Shown in pieces: positions 49,832 through 58,868 of a stretch of 64,000 nt of DNA. Within the stretch, counting starts at the first letter, position 1; the number at the start of each line of letters is the position of its first letter. A program made the translations under genes and the position numbers. The notes under the pieces are model-generated. The model did not search any database, had not been told where the DNA came from, and saw nothing but the letters and a program-made list of their open reading frames with translations. The stretch is from Patescibacteria group bacterium (GTDB taxonomy: Bacteria > Patescibacteriota > WWE3 > 0-14-0-20-40-13): positions 17,946-81,945 of the forward strand of contig JAHINB010000013.1 of assembly GCA_018896215.1 (NCBI GenBank), in the 5' to 3' direction.

Positions 49832-50055
49832 TTGACAAGAGTCGTATCTTATAGTAAAAACTGCTCACCTGTCAACTACTTGGAGAGAGCCTGTAAAAAG
49901 GGCTTCCCCTGCGCCTTTTGCGTCTTATCCCTGTCATAAAAATCAGTAAACGAAAAATGAATCGTGTTTCCCTCACTCTGTGGGGGAGATTCAGGCACCT
50001 TAAAAACTGAATAGCGAATTTCATCTTTTATCAAAGAAAGGAAAGGAGGTGTCCC
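49832..50055 (+). promoter_or_regulatory. Structured leader of the GC-rich operon: TTGACA, two hairpins, boxA-like sequence, strong SD
   Basis: TTGACA 49832 (-10 weak); hairpins at about 49882-49909 and 49958-49993; GCACCTTAAAAACTGAATA 49995-50013; AAGGAGGT. Confidence 0.6.
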
Positions 50056-50700
50056 TTGTTTGATTTAATAAAGGGAGCACTATGGGCGATGGCAGGAGCT
50101 TTCGGGGACATCTTCCTGCTGGTATTCAATGTCTTGTCCCCATTGTTATTTGACCCGCTAAAAGCGGGAGCGCTGGAGCTCCGTGGCAATGAGTCTGAAA
50201 AAGAGGCTCTAGAAAAGATTGCCACGGCGTTCAAGAGGAACAGGCGCCTTCGCTGGAAAGCTCTGGATCCCGAAAGGGATCCTGCTATGGTTGGTCTGTA
50301 TGTACTGACCAACAATCTCCGTTTCCTCTTTGAGCTCCTAGCAACACAGGTCTTGCTAGAGAGCTCCGCAGGAGGAGAAAGTATAACGCTGATCAAGCAT
50401 GTACGGTTCGGCTGGCTCCTGCGCCTTTTTAGTTTTGAAGGCTACGCGGAGCCAACCCCACTGACTGACATCACTCCCGCGAGAGGTGGCGATGTCACTT
50501 ATCTGCCGTGGAAGATCATCCATGGATCCTCCGGAGAGGTTGTGGAGACCGGTCTTCTCGTAAGGCTGGTCAATTTCCTGACCCAAAAGAGGGTAGTTCA
50601 ATTCTTGACCGCGTCGGGGGAAGCCGACATGTGGCAATTCCCAAACGCGGAGAGATCATGGCGCAAGCTGATGTGGTTGGTCGAAGTCACTACTCAATAA
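50056..50700 (+). CDS. Hypothetical protein (island gene 1)
   Basis: TTG start after AAGGAGGT; hydrophobic N-terminus. Confidence 0.7.
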   Translation: MFDLIKGALWAMAGAFGDIFLLVFNVLSPLLFDPLKAGALELRGNESEKEALEKIATAFKRNRRLRWKALDPERDPAMVGLYVLTNNLRFLFELLATQVLLESSAGGESITLIKHVRFGWLLRLFSFEGYAEPTPLTDITPARGGDVTYLPWKIIHGSSGEVVETGLLVRLVNFLTQKRVVQFLTASGEADMWQFPNAERSWRKLMWLVEVTTQ

Positions 50701-50717
50701 AGGAAAGGAGAAATATC

Positions 50718-50993
50718 GTGTTTAGCAACAGTGTTCTTGCGGTTGCTGGGGTCGGCGCTGTGGCTTTGGCCGTCGCTGCGATCATCATCCTCTGGTCCTC
50801 GAAAGGCGAGGGGATCGGAGGGGTCGCGGGGGCGGTGGTGGCTGCTATGGCGCTGTTGTTGGGGCTTGGGGTTGTGGCGGCGACTGCCTTCGGCATTGCC
50901 TCCCATTCCTCAAGCTATTTCAGTATGTTTGATGGACTGGCGCAGTCATTCGGCCAGTTCGTCAGTAGAGTTGTCCAAATCTTCACCCCCTAA
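50718..50993 (+). CDS. Small Ala/Gly-rich two-TM protein, pilin (VirB2/TrbC)-like
   Basis: GTG start after AAAGGAG; 91 aa, two hydrophobic helices with a short SSKGEG loop. Confidence 0.55.
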   Translation: MFSNSVLAVAGVGAVALAVAAIIILWSSKGEGIGGVAGAVVAAMALLLGLGVVAATAFGIASHSSSYFSMFDGLAQSFGQFVSRVVQIFTP

Positions 50994-51012
50994 CGGGGCA
51001 GGAGGGAACGAG

Positions 51013-52044
51013 ATGAAAATGAAACGGTTTCTGAAAACCGTCGCTCCCCTCGCTTCCCTCCTGCTTCTGGCGGGATGTACAGGAGGTGAGGGGGACGGTG
51101 TAGGAAAGATGGTCGCAGGAGTGATAGGGGAGCTTAAGGGGATCAGTGATCTGATTAAGTTCGGGATCATCGGTCCTCGAGTTGAGTTACCCCTTTCAGT
51201 TTGGGCAGGGATTGGCGGTCTCGCCTCCCTACTCATCTTAATCGGTTTCATTTTCACCGCGTGGATGTCCGCAAGGGCCTACGCGCGGCGCCAGCCTGTA
51301 GAGGACTGGGGAATCGGTTGGTTTCTGCTTCTGATGATGACCGGAATCTGGATTTTCTTATCCGGTTATCTGTTATCGGGGGCGTACCTAGAGTTCCCTG
51401 ATCTTGGGTTGGCGGATTTCGTTGTGAGGGGGATGGGGCTGATGGATCTTGCCGGGGGAGTATTGCTTCTCATGGCGGGTTTGGTCCTATTTTCCCTACG
51501 GATGATCATGTGGTCAATGTTGCTCGTGGCCGCCCTGTTTGTTCCAATCATTGCGGTAATCGCGCAATGGACAAACAGGCGTGGATTGATTGCGTACGCT
51601 TCAGTGCTGTTTTCTTACATCGTGTACGCGATGTACCCGTTCATCCTGGCGTTCGTCCTCAACACAGATCTTGGTCTACCCACCATTCCCCTGTTGGGAG
51701 GAGGCGGACTGATAAAAGCGGCAGTTCTAGTAATTACTGCCGGAGCGCTTCTCTTCTTCTTCCTGTTTGGTCCTTTGCTTCTGCGAAAAGTGTTCACGGC
51801 GATCGCGCCGAAAGAAACCGTTCTGCAAAGGGAGCCAAACAGGCTAGAGCCGGAGGAGATCGTTGCTTTGGTAATGTCCGCCCTTGCCCTCTTAACCGGG
51901 GGCGGACTGGAAGCGGCTCTAGCGCACATCTTCGGGCCTCTCTCCAAGAGGCTTGGAGTTGATGTTGGTGGAGTTGTCGATGGAGTGAAAAACGCCACCC
52001 GCAGTGGCAACACCGCAGCGGCAAATCCAGAACCCCCGGCGTAG
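51013..52044 (+). CDS. Polytopic membrane protein with lipobox, VirB6/TrbL-like
   Basis: ATG after GGAGG; MKMKRF...LLLLAGC; at least six hydrophobic segments; Gly/Ala-rich tail. Confidence 0.6.
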   Translation: MKMKRFLKTVAPLASLLLLAGCTGGEGDGVGKMVAGVIGELKGISDLIKFGIIGPRVELPLSVWAGIGGLASLLILIGFIFTAWMSARAYARRQPVEDWGIGWFLLLMMTGIWIFLSGYLLSGAYLEFPDLGLADFVVRGMGLMDLAGGVLLLMAGLVLFSLRMIMWSMLLVAALFVPIIAVIAQWTNRRGLIAYASVLFSYIVYAMYPFILAFVLNTDLGLPTIPLLGGGGLIKAAVLVITAGALLFFFLFGPLLLRKVFTAIAPKETVLQREPNRLEPEEIVALVMSALALLTGGGLEAALAHIFGPLSKRLGVDVGGVVDGVKNATRSGNTAAANPEPPA

Positions 52045-52063
52045 CGCGGGGAGGGAGGAAACC

Positions 52064-54010
52064 ATGTTGAGTATTTTGGCTCGAGTAGGAGAGCCCTTAG
52101 GGGATCTGATGTATACAATCCTCCTGTGGGCTTTGGATACGCGGTGGAGCCGCAAGCTCCGCCCGTATCTGCTGGTCTTTCTCTTCCTCCCCGCGTCTCT
52201 TTTTCTCTCTCAACTGCTTCACCCAGCGGGACCCGTCGTGGTTCTGGGCGGTTTGGGAGCGATTTTCGCGATTGGTATCGCCTACAAGTCTTGGGCGATG
52301 CTTCCGCGGAGATTTGGGAGAGAAAAGAGAAAGAGGGGTTGGATTGAGGAAGTCGTTGGAGAGGCAATGAGACTCTTGGGATTTGCCTCTCCGTTGGAAT
52401 CGCTGTTTTCGGTCAACGGATATCCAGTGTGGGAGATTACCTATCCGCCCGAGCAACCGGGGGAAACAATCCTCGGAAACTCCGGTAGAGTCCGGTTGAT
52501 TTCCACACCTGTAGGGTTGGAAGTTCCGGGGTTCCTCGCGGCAACGCGGGCGGACTCGAAAGATCCACCATTCGTGGCGGAAGCTCTAAAGAGTATCGGA
52601 GATTTCGCCCTTCCTGGGAGTGGATCCCTATGGCCTCGTCGGCTAGTCCGCCAAATCTTGCTCACGGCAGATATGCCATCAGAGCAAGCGCCGGATGTGC
52701 CTCTTGGTAGATTGCTGGAGCCGAGGGCTGTTCGTCTTAAGACGGAAGCGCTTTTAGCAAGTTCCGGAGCGACCGAAAGTACCCCAAGGGTTGAGGAGGT
52801 TTTGACCTACGGGGGAACCGCGGTTGCTAAGTTTGGCAAAGCGGGAACGCGGAAGTGCGCTTTCGTGGAGCTTAGACCTCGCTGTTTGGGTTTCGGCAAG
52901 AACCTTCCGCTTTCGGAGGCGCTAAATCGGCTTCTGTCTAAAGGCTATCCTATTTCCTTTGAAGCCGAAAGGATCGCCTCCGGCACCGTCTTTGGACGGC
53001 TGACGGCAATGGTTCTTCTCAAGAACGGCCGAGGGTCGTTGAAGCGGGCGTTGGGCGAGTTCCGCTCTGCAGGATTCGAAATCCCGTTGCTGGGGAGCTC
53101 CAAGACTGGAGCGTCCGGACTCTTCCGTCGCTTCCTTCCGGAAACGGAAATTGAAGCTAGCGGAGGATTCTCTTTGACGGCAGAAGAGTTTTGCCTAGTC
53201 TCCGATGCCCTTTGTTCTAGTGTCGGTTCGGCATCACGCGATCCCGACGAGGCACTGTTCGTCGGGTTGCGGGGCAGAACCCCGTGTTTTCTCGAACCCC
53301 GACCCCACGAACTCCGCACCGGGGTCCAGGGATCGGGCAAGACCACTGGCGTGAACTCGAGTCTCCTCCAAAGAACTGGTGGGAGATTTGTGGGAATCAT
53401 CAGTGGCACTGATCCCAAGGCAAGCACTCTGGCAATGGTGTGTGATGCGGGGGGTAAGGTTGTTGATGTTTGTGGAAACGACAGTGAAAAAACTGGACGG
53501 GCATGTGTGGCGGAAGCAATCGGGTTCCTTCAACAGGGAAAACCGTTCACCATCCGCCCTATCGGTGTGGAGTTCACACCACAACTCGTCCAGTTCGCAA
53601 TCGGCTTCGTTGACGAGTTCACCAAGGAGGTTCCCAAGGCCGACTGGTCCGCGGTTCTTCCTGCAGGTCGGCATCTGGGACTTTTGGTGGATGACCTCTT
53701 CCGTCTCCTCGCCGCTAGGGCAACCTATAGCATGGAGGCAGAGGTTGACAGACTTCTCGCTATCTTAGAAACAGCAATGTCGGAGCTGTGGAAGCCAATT
53801 CCCGGTGGGTACCCAGGATGCATTGTCGCAGTGACGACACAGGCTCCAGGAGATCCACCTCAAACGATGTATGACAAGTTTGGTATCGTTATACATCATC
53901 AAGGTCCGAAATCCGCCGTGATTTCTAGGTATTTGGATTGGGAACCAACATCAATCAACACCTGGATCTCCAACAAGGATCTGCACAACCTCGTTTCGGC
54001 TCGGCGGTAA
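52064..54010 (+). CDS. Membrane-anchored P-loop ATPase (VirB4/VirD4/HerA-FtsK superfamily)
   Basis: N-terminal TMs; TGVQGSGKTT Walker A, LLVDD Walker B, VAVTTQ motif; SD GGAGG. Confidence 0.7.
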   Translation: MLSILARVGEPLGDLMYTILLWALDTRWSRKLRPYLLVFLFLPASLFLSQLLHPAGPVVVLGGLGAIFAIGIAYKSWAMLPRRFGREKRKRGWIEEVVGEAMRLLGFASPLESLFSVNGYPVWEITYPPEQPGETILGNSGRVRLISTPVGLEVPGFLAATRADSKDPPFVAEALKSIGDFALPGSGSLWPRRLVRQILLTADMPSEQAPDVPLGRLLEPRAVRLKTEALLASSGATESTPRVEEVLTYGGTAVAKFGKAGTRKCAFVELRPRCLGFGKNLPLSEALNRLLSKGYPISFEAERIASGTVFGRLTAMVLLKNGRGSLKRALGEFRSAGFEIPLLGSSKTGASGLFRRFLPETEIEASGGFSLTAEEFCLVSDALCSSVGSASRDPDEALFVGLRGRTPCFLEPRPHELRTGVQGSGKTTGVNSSLLQRTGGRFVGIISGTDPKASTLAMVCDAGGKVVDVCGNDSEKTGRACVAEAIGFLQQGKPFTIRPIGVEFTPQLVQFAIGFVDEFTKEVPKADWSAVLPAGRHLGLLVDDLFRLLAARATYSMEAEVDRLLAILETAMSELWKPIPGGYPGCIVAVTTQAPGDPPQTMYDKFGIVIHHQGPKSAVISRYLDWEPTSINTWISNKDLHNLVSARR

Positions 54011-54045
54011 TCGGTCCATCAAGCAAACCCCCAAAGGAGGGCGGA

Positions 54046-55395
54046 ATGGACGACTGGGAAGAGATCTTAAGCCTTAAGTGGCTCCTGTCCACCGCCCTCC
54101 AATCATTTGCTATCGTTGCGACAGTTTGCGCGATGGCATTGGTTGCGGGGGCGGTTTTAGTTTTCGCCTTCCTATTTGACAAAACTGGGGGGGCGATTTG
54201 GGATGTACTGCTAAAGGAAGCGGGAATTTTTGTCCCGCGTGTTGTCTGCACGGAAGTAGAAACGCTGACGGCAGTGGGAGAATCCTCATATGAATTTCAA
54301 CAGAACTACGATGGTGGTAGTGAGGATAGCGCATGGGCGCTTCTTCCCGCTGGAGTTCAACGCTGGCGCGGTCTTCTGGAAGAAACGGCTCTGCGCCACG
54401 GCTTTGACCCTCTGATGTTCGGGGTCATTGCCACAATTGAGAATCCTGCCGGTAACCCCACCGCGGGATCCTGGGCGGGCGCCCAAGGGTTGGTTCAAGT
54501 GATGCCGTTCAACTTTACGGCTAACGAAACCGACCACTTTGATCCCGCGACAAATCTGGAGGCGGGAGCGAGAGTCTTTGCTTCCTGTCTCCGTCTGGCG
54601 GGGGGAGATTTCCGCTTGGCGGGCGCCTGTTACAATGCAGGACCCCGCATCCTGCGGATGAACCTTGCCAACTGGTTTGCCGAAACTCTGTTATATTATC
54701 GCCGCTCGGCGATATATGACGAGATTCGGCAAGGTAGGACTAACACGCTAGATTCATGGCTGGGAGGTCATGGGGGCGCTGTCATGGCGTCAGGAGCGGA
54801 AGCTCCGAGCGCGACAGGCGCTACTACCCAAACCTCCCAAGTATGCAAAATTTGTCTTGTTCCCAACCCCAATGACGGACTGCTGGGGTTTTTGGGAACA
54901 GCGTTGGAGCTTCTGGGGTTGGGACCTTCCAGTCCCTGCTCCGAAGTCTCGGCTTCAACATATCAATCCTCTGCCACAGTGGTGGCGGGGGGGAATGGCA
55001 GTTGGCGCTATCCGGTGGAGGGCGCCACGGTATCGGACGGTCCGTGGCACAAAATCCCAGCGCTGGATTTTATGGTCTCGCTGGGAACACCGGTGGTGAG
55101 CGCCCACACGGTTCCAGCAACCGTGGAATACTCTGGATGCAACAATGCCGGAGGATACGGATGCTGGGTTCTGCTGATGCACGACGACGGTAAGTCAACC
55201 GTCTATGTGCATTTGGACGAGAGTCTTCCTGTCAAGACCGGCGATCGGGTGGATGCGTCCACTTTGCTTGGCCGGGTCGGTTTGACGGGAAAAACCTCTG
55301 GACCCCACCTGCACTTCGAGGTGCGGGAAGGGTTGTATAACCATATAGATCCCGCAGAAGTGTTCGGGGAGATTGGAAAAGGAGGTCTAAAATGA
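54046..55395 (+). CDS. Membrane-anchored lytic transglycosylase plus M23 peptidase (VirB1-like)
   Basis: IATIE...GAQGLVQVMP...FDPATNL...YNAGP; then GYG...YVHL...SGPHLHFEVR. Confidence 0.9.
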   Translation: MDDWEEILSLKWLLSTALQSFAIVATVCAMALVAGAVLVFAFLFDKTGGAIWDVLLKEAGIFVPRVVCTEVETLTAVGESSYEFQQNYDGGSEDSAWALLPAGVQRWRGLLEETALRHGFDPLMFGVIATIENPAGNPTAGSWAGAQGLVQVMPFNFTANETDHFDPATNLEAGARVFASCLRLAGGDFRLAGACYNAGPRILRMNLANWFAETLLYYRRSAIYDEIRQGRTNTLDSWLGGHGGAVMASGAEAPSATGATTQTSQVCKICLVPNPNDGLLGFLGTALELLGLGPSSPCSEVSASTYQSSATVVAGGNGSWRYPVEGATVSDGPWHKIPALDFMVSLGTPVVSAHTVPATVEYSGCNNAGGYGCWVLLMHDDGKSTVYVHLDESLPVKTGDRVDASTLLGRVGLTGKTSGPHLHFEVREGLYNHIDPAEVFGEIGKGGLK

Positions 55396-56609
55396 TGGTA
55401 GAGAAAGGTCAAAATCCTCCTCTTGAAGAGGATGAGAAGGAGGAGCAGACTGGGTCGCGCAAGCGAGGGATTATTGGGTGTCTTGTTGCTCTAGGCATCC
55501 TTATCCTACTCTTCGCCTGCGTAGCGGGGGTGATCGTTGCCGTGGGGAGGCGAGCTGTGGATGAGATAAAGCCTCAACCCACACCCGCACCTACCCCTCA
55601 ACCCCTCCTTGTCTTTGGGCAATGCGAGGGGAACAGCCCCCGATGCGCCCAAGGCGGAAGCGGGGTATTCTTCCCGGGAAACCCCAAAAGGGTCAACTCC
55701 TGGGACGCGCCCCTCCAGTTCTGGGCCGAAACATCGGCTCCAAACGGCGGGACACAACAACGTCCAGTGGGAAAGCTTGTCAAAAATACGGAAGTATATG
55801 AGACAGGGGATCCTGTGAACGGGATGCAACCGGTTGAATGGGTAGTCAAGATTCCCGAGGGGCTGATGGCAAAGCCCCAAAGAGATTGGGAAGTCCGCTA
55901 TGAGGAAGTGGCAGATTTTCCCACAGAGGATCAGCTCGACGAGGTTAGGGATTGGTTGCTTGAGGGAATCAGTTCCTACGAAGTTTTGGACAAATCCCTG
56001 ATCGACCCACCCTACAAGTACGGTTCAGAGGGAGATGTGATGGCGGTTGGAAGTTGGAAGTCCAGCCGAAATTGGTGGCTCGTCTCCTTCCGGGGCTGGG
56101 TGGCGGTTGGTTTGGGAGCAGTGATCGTACCAACCCCCGAACCTACCCCAACGACAGTCCCGGTTCCAACGGAATTGACTCCGGCACCTACTCAAGCCCC
56201 TGACTGCCCGGTCTGTACTGGAGGAGCGCGAAGGGATCCGACAAATCCTTGCGGGCAGGTGTGTGACAACACCTACTACCCACCCGCCCCAGCGCCAACG
56301 ACAAGTGTCTGCACCCCGGGACACTTGGAGTGGATCAAGAGCCTTGACGAGGTCTGGATTTATGAGACCTCAACGGGGCAAAAACTTTGGAGTTTGTCGG
56401 AGTTTCGGATTCAGATGTTCAGCGTCGGTCTCATCTCGGAGGATGAGACCCTTACCCCCGTCCCCACAGGCTCGAAAGAGGCTCTGCGGATAGACAAGGG
56501 TGGATTGCCCGTGGACAGGACGAACGGATATATCGAAATATCCGGATCGGTTCTATCACGGAGAACGAATGAAAGACGAACCTGGTGCCATGAGGGATAC
56601 TGGAAGTGA
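55392..56609 (+). CDS. Membrane-anchored Pro/Thr-rich extracellular protein
   Basis: SD AAGGAGGT; one N-terminal TM, PT-rich linkers, paired Cys. Confidence 0.75.
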   Translation: MMVEKGQNPPLEEDEKEEQTGSRKRGIIGCLVALGILILLFACVAGVIVAVGRRAVDEIKPQPTPAPTPQPLLVFGQCEGNSPRCAQGGSGVFFPGNPKRVNSWDAPLQFWAETSAPNGGTQQRPVGKLVKNTEVYETGDPVNGMQPVEWVVKIPEGLMAKPQRDWEVRYEEVADFPTEDQLDEVRDWLLEGISSYEVLDKSLIDPPYKYGSEGDVMAVGSWKSSRNWWLVSFRGWVAVGLGAVIVPTPEPTPTTVPVPTELTPAPTQAPDCPVCTGGARRDPTNPCGQVCDNTYYPPAPAPTTSVCTPGHLEWIKSLDEVWIYETSTGQKLWSLSEFRIQMFSVGLISEDETLTPVPTGSKEALRIDKGGLPVDRTNGYIEISGSVLSRRTNERRTWCHEGYWK

Positions 56610-56636
56610 CCTTCCAACTTCCCATGGCGCCACTGG

Positions 56637-56687
56637 AAGCGGAGGAAATCTTGGGCTAGCACAGCCAAGGTCTTCTCCGCTTTTTTT
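56637..56687 (+). terminator. Rho-independent terminator of the island operon
   Basis: AAGCGGAGGA...TCTTCTCCGCTT followed by a T7 run. Confidence 0.8.
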
Positions 56688-56697
56688 ATAACAAAAT

Positions 56698-57540
56698 TTA
56701 ATAAATCCCAAGTTCTATTGCAGTTTTAATTTGGGGAATGTCGGTGGGGATTTTAATGTGAGAAAGACTATTACCTTTAAAGCTTTGGATAATTTTTACC
56801 CCGGCGCAATCAATTGCCACCCTTCCAGTTGATGCCAAAAGCAAATTTGGTTCCCTTATTTCCCCCTCTGTAGGTCCTCGGGTGATAAAACATTTTCGAG
56901 CGTCCATAATTACCAAGTCTGGCTTGATAACAGTATTGATTAAAGCGACTTTTTCTTGCAAGTTTTTAAGATGCATTCTAATGCGCTCTATTGGTTTAAC
57001 AAAACCAACTGTTAGCTTTAACGCCCCAGTGTACTGCGCCTGTTTGTGAGTTTTTAAACAGGGAACATAAATTATCTTATCGGCTTTAGTTACAATTTCT
57101 GGAATAGAAACGCTTTTTAGAATTGGGGAGGAGATTGCGGATTTAACCCATCTCCCTTCCTCAAAAACATACATTCTTGGAGGAGTATCCGAATTTAATA
57201 ACTCGAATACCCCCTTCTTTTCCATAATCTTTCGCGTGTTTAAAGTAACTGTAGAGGAATCGCCAATGGCAACAAGTTTTGCCCCATGCTGATACAATAG
57301 TTCGGTAAGACATTTTAAAAATTCCACATCGGAGGAGGCGGGAAAGGGGTCAGCGGTATTAAAATTGGGTTTAACAAAGACTACATCTCCTGTGCTGATA
57401 AATCTCTTAAACCCACCAAGCTCTTCAACCAAGTTGTGGATGGATTCTTTTAAATTAGCTTTGGGAGTGATTTTTACAACTTTTATCAACAGACAATCAA
57501 TGAATCGGTCTAACCTGCATGACACTCGCGGAAACAGCAT
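56698..57540 (-). CDS. DUF362 domain protein (start uncertain)
   Basis: GDVVFVKPN, VPCLKTH, YTGALK, PDLVIMD, VAIDC motifs. Confidence 0.85.
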   Translation of the reverse strand: MLFPRVSCRLDRFIDCLLIKVVKITPKANLKESIHNLVEELGGFKRFISTGDVVFVKPNFNTADPFPASSDVEFLKCLTELLYQHGAKLVAIGDSSTVTLNTRKIMEKKGVFELLNSDTPPRMYVFEEGRWVKSAISSPILKSVSIPEIVTKADKIIYVPCLKTHKQAQYTGALKLTVGFVKPIERIRMHLKNLQEKVALINTVIKPDLVIMDARKCFITRGPTEGEIREPNLLLASTGRVAIDCAGVKIIQSFKGNSLSHIKIPTDIPQIKTAIELGIY

Positions 57541-57730
57541 CCTGCGTACTTAACCATTGGGATTTAATACCAACTACCCAAGCTAAAAGGGCAAAAAACA
57601 AAAAAAGCAAGCTTGTGACCAGAATTAATGGCACTAACTTACGACTGTTAAACGGCACCATACTTTTAGCCTCGCGACTTGCAACAGCACGCCTTTTTAC
57701 CGTTGCCCGTTTGGTTTTTTTAGTTTTCAT
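57497..57730 (-). CDS. Small basic single-TM hypothetical protein
   Basis: MKTKKTKR basic N-terminus followed by a TM helix. Confidence 0.55.
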   Translation of the reverse strand: MKTKKTKRATVKRRAVASREAKSMVPFNSRKLVPLILVTSLLFLFFALLAWVVGIKSQWLSTQDAVSASVMQVRPIH

Positions 57731-57953
57731 ATATTTTGGGGGCAAAAATACTGATAATTACTAATGGGTAGATATTCCCACTGGAGTATTTATGCTGTCA
57801 AGCACTTCTTTTTTAGTTGGTAAATTTATCCTCCGTCGCCTACGGCTATAGTTGTTGATTACTAACATTATTCTAATTCCCTTTGAAGTCAACGGCAAAT
57901 TCAGAAATTAATCGCATTCTTGGGTAAATATATAAATAATGGGAGTTGTGTCA

Positions 57954-58421
57954 TTACCATTTAAAATGTGCAAAGGCTTTGTTGGCTTCTGCCATTCTGA
58001 TAGTATCTTCTTTCTTTTTAAAGGCGGCGCCTTCTTTTTTAAAAGCCAACTGAATTTCATCGAGCAATCTTTGAGCCATAGGCTTGCCTTTTTTATTACG
58101 AGAAATCTCCACCAACCATCTAATTGCCAACGCCTCGGATCTGTCGTGGCGCAAAGGAGCTGGAACCTGATAAGTTGCTCCTCCAACCCTACGACTTCTG
58201 ACTTCTTGAGCAGGCATTAAATTTTTGATCGCCTCTTCAAATTTTGCCAGCGCCTCCTTTTTGTCTTCAGACAAGCCTGCGATTGCGATGTAAGCAATTT
58301 CTTGGGCAAGGCTTTTTTTACCCCCTAACATCATCCGAGTGATAAGTCTTGTGACTACCTTGGATTTATAAACGGTGTCTGTTTCTAAAATCTTTTTTAT
58401 TGGTTTAGACGATCTTGACAT
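57954..58421 (-). CDS. rpsG: 30S protein uS7
   Basis: EVRSRRVGGATYQVP, MAEANKAFAHF. Confidence 0.98.
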   Translation of the reverse strand: MSRSSKPIKKILETDTVYKSKVVTRLITRMMLGGKKSLAQEIAYIAIAGLSEDKKEALAKFEEAIKNLMPAQEVRSRRVGGATYQVPAPLRHDRSEALAIRWLVEISRNKKGKPMAQRLLDEIQLAFKKEGAAFKKKEDTIRMAEANKAFAHFKW

Positions 58422-58423
58422 GA

Positions 58424-58849
58424 TTAAACTTTCTTAACTCCCGCATCTTTTTTGGTTCCGTAATGACTTCGAGAAGTCTTGCGACCAGAAACTCCTGCTA
58501 AATCAAATTTGCCTCTAACAATTGTGTACTTTACACCCGGCAAATCCTTAACCCTACCACCACGAACCAATACTACGGAATGTTCTTGAAGCGCGTGACC
58601 TTCCCCCGGAATGTAGGCAGTTACCTCCTCACCATTAGATAAACGCACTCTGGCAACTTTGCGCAGTGCCGAGTTCGGTTTTTTAGGAGTCATTGTCTTA
58701 ACAATAAGACATACCCCTCGTTTAAAGGGACTGGCTATTTTTTTCTTTTTGCGATGCAAAGATGAATAAATAACCTTCAACGCTGGTGTTGCCTTTCGAA
58801 CCTTAATGTTTTTTCTTCTTTTTTTGACTAACTGGTTTATTGTCGGCAT
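58424..58849 (-). CDS. rpsL: 30S protein uS12
   Basis: [28 protein letters not shown]. Confidence 0.99.
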   Translation of the reverse strand: MPTINQLVKKRRKNIKVRKATPALKVIYSSLHRKKKKIASPFKRGVCLIVKTMTPKKPNSALRKVARVRLSNGEEVTAYIPGEGHALQEHSVVLVRGGRVKDLPGVKYTIVRGKFDLAGVSGRKTSRSHYGTKKDAGVKKV

Positions 58850-58868
58850 AATCGTATATTATAACTCA

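Larger units (their letters stand above)
50056..56687 (+). mobile_element. GC-rich island-like operon (T4SS/conjugation-like) between rpsG and fusA
   Basis: Abrupt GC rise by eye, six co-oriented SD-led genes antisense to the host operon, own terminator; no integrase or relaxase seen. Confidence 0.6.

Noticed and set aside
50056-56687. Prophage or complete ICE
   Set aside because: No integrase, relaxase, capsid, terminase or flanking att repeats were recognised.
50031-56691. Many overlapping alternative ORFs in the island
   Set aside because: Expected at higher GC; six SD-led ORFs tile the region cleanly.
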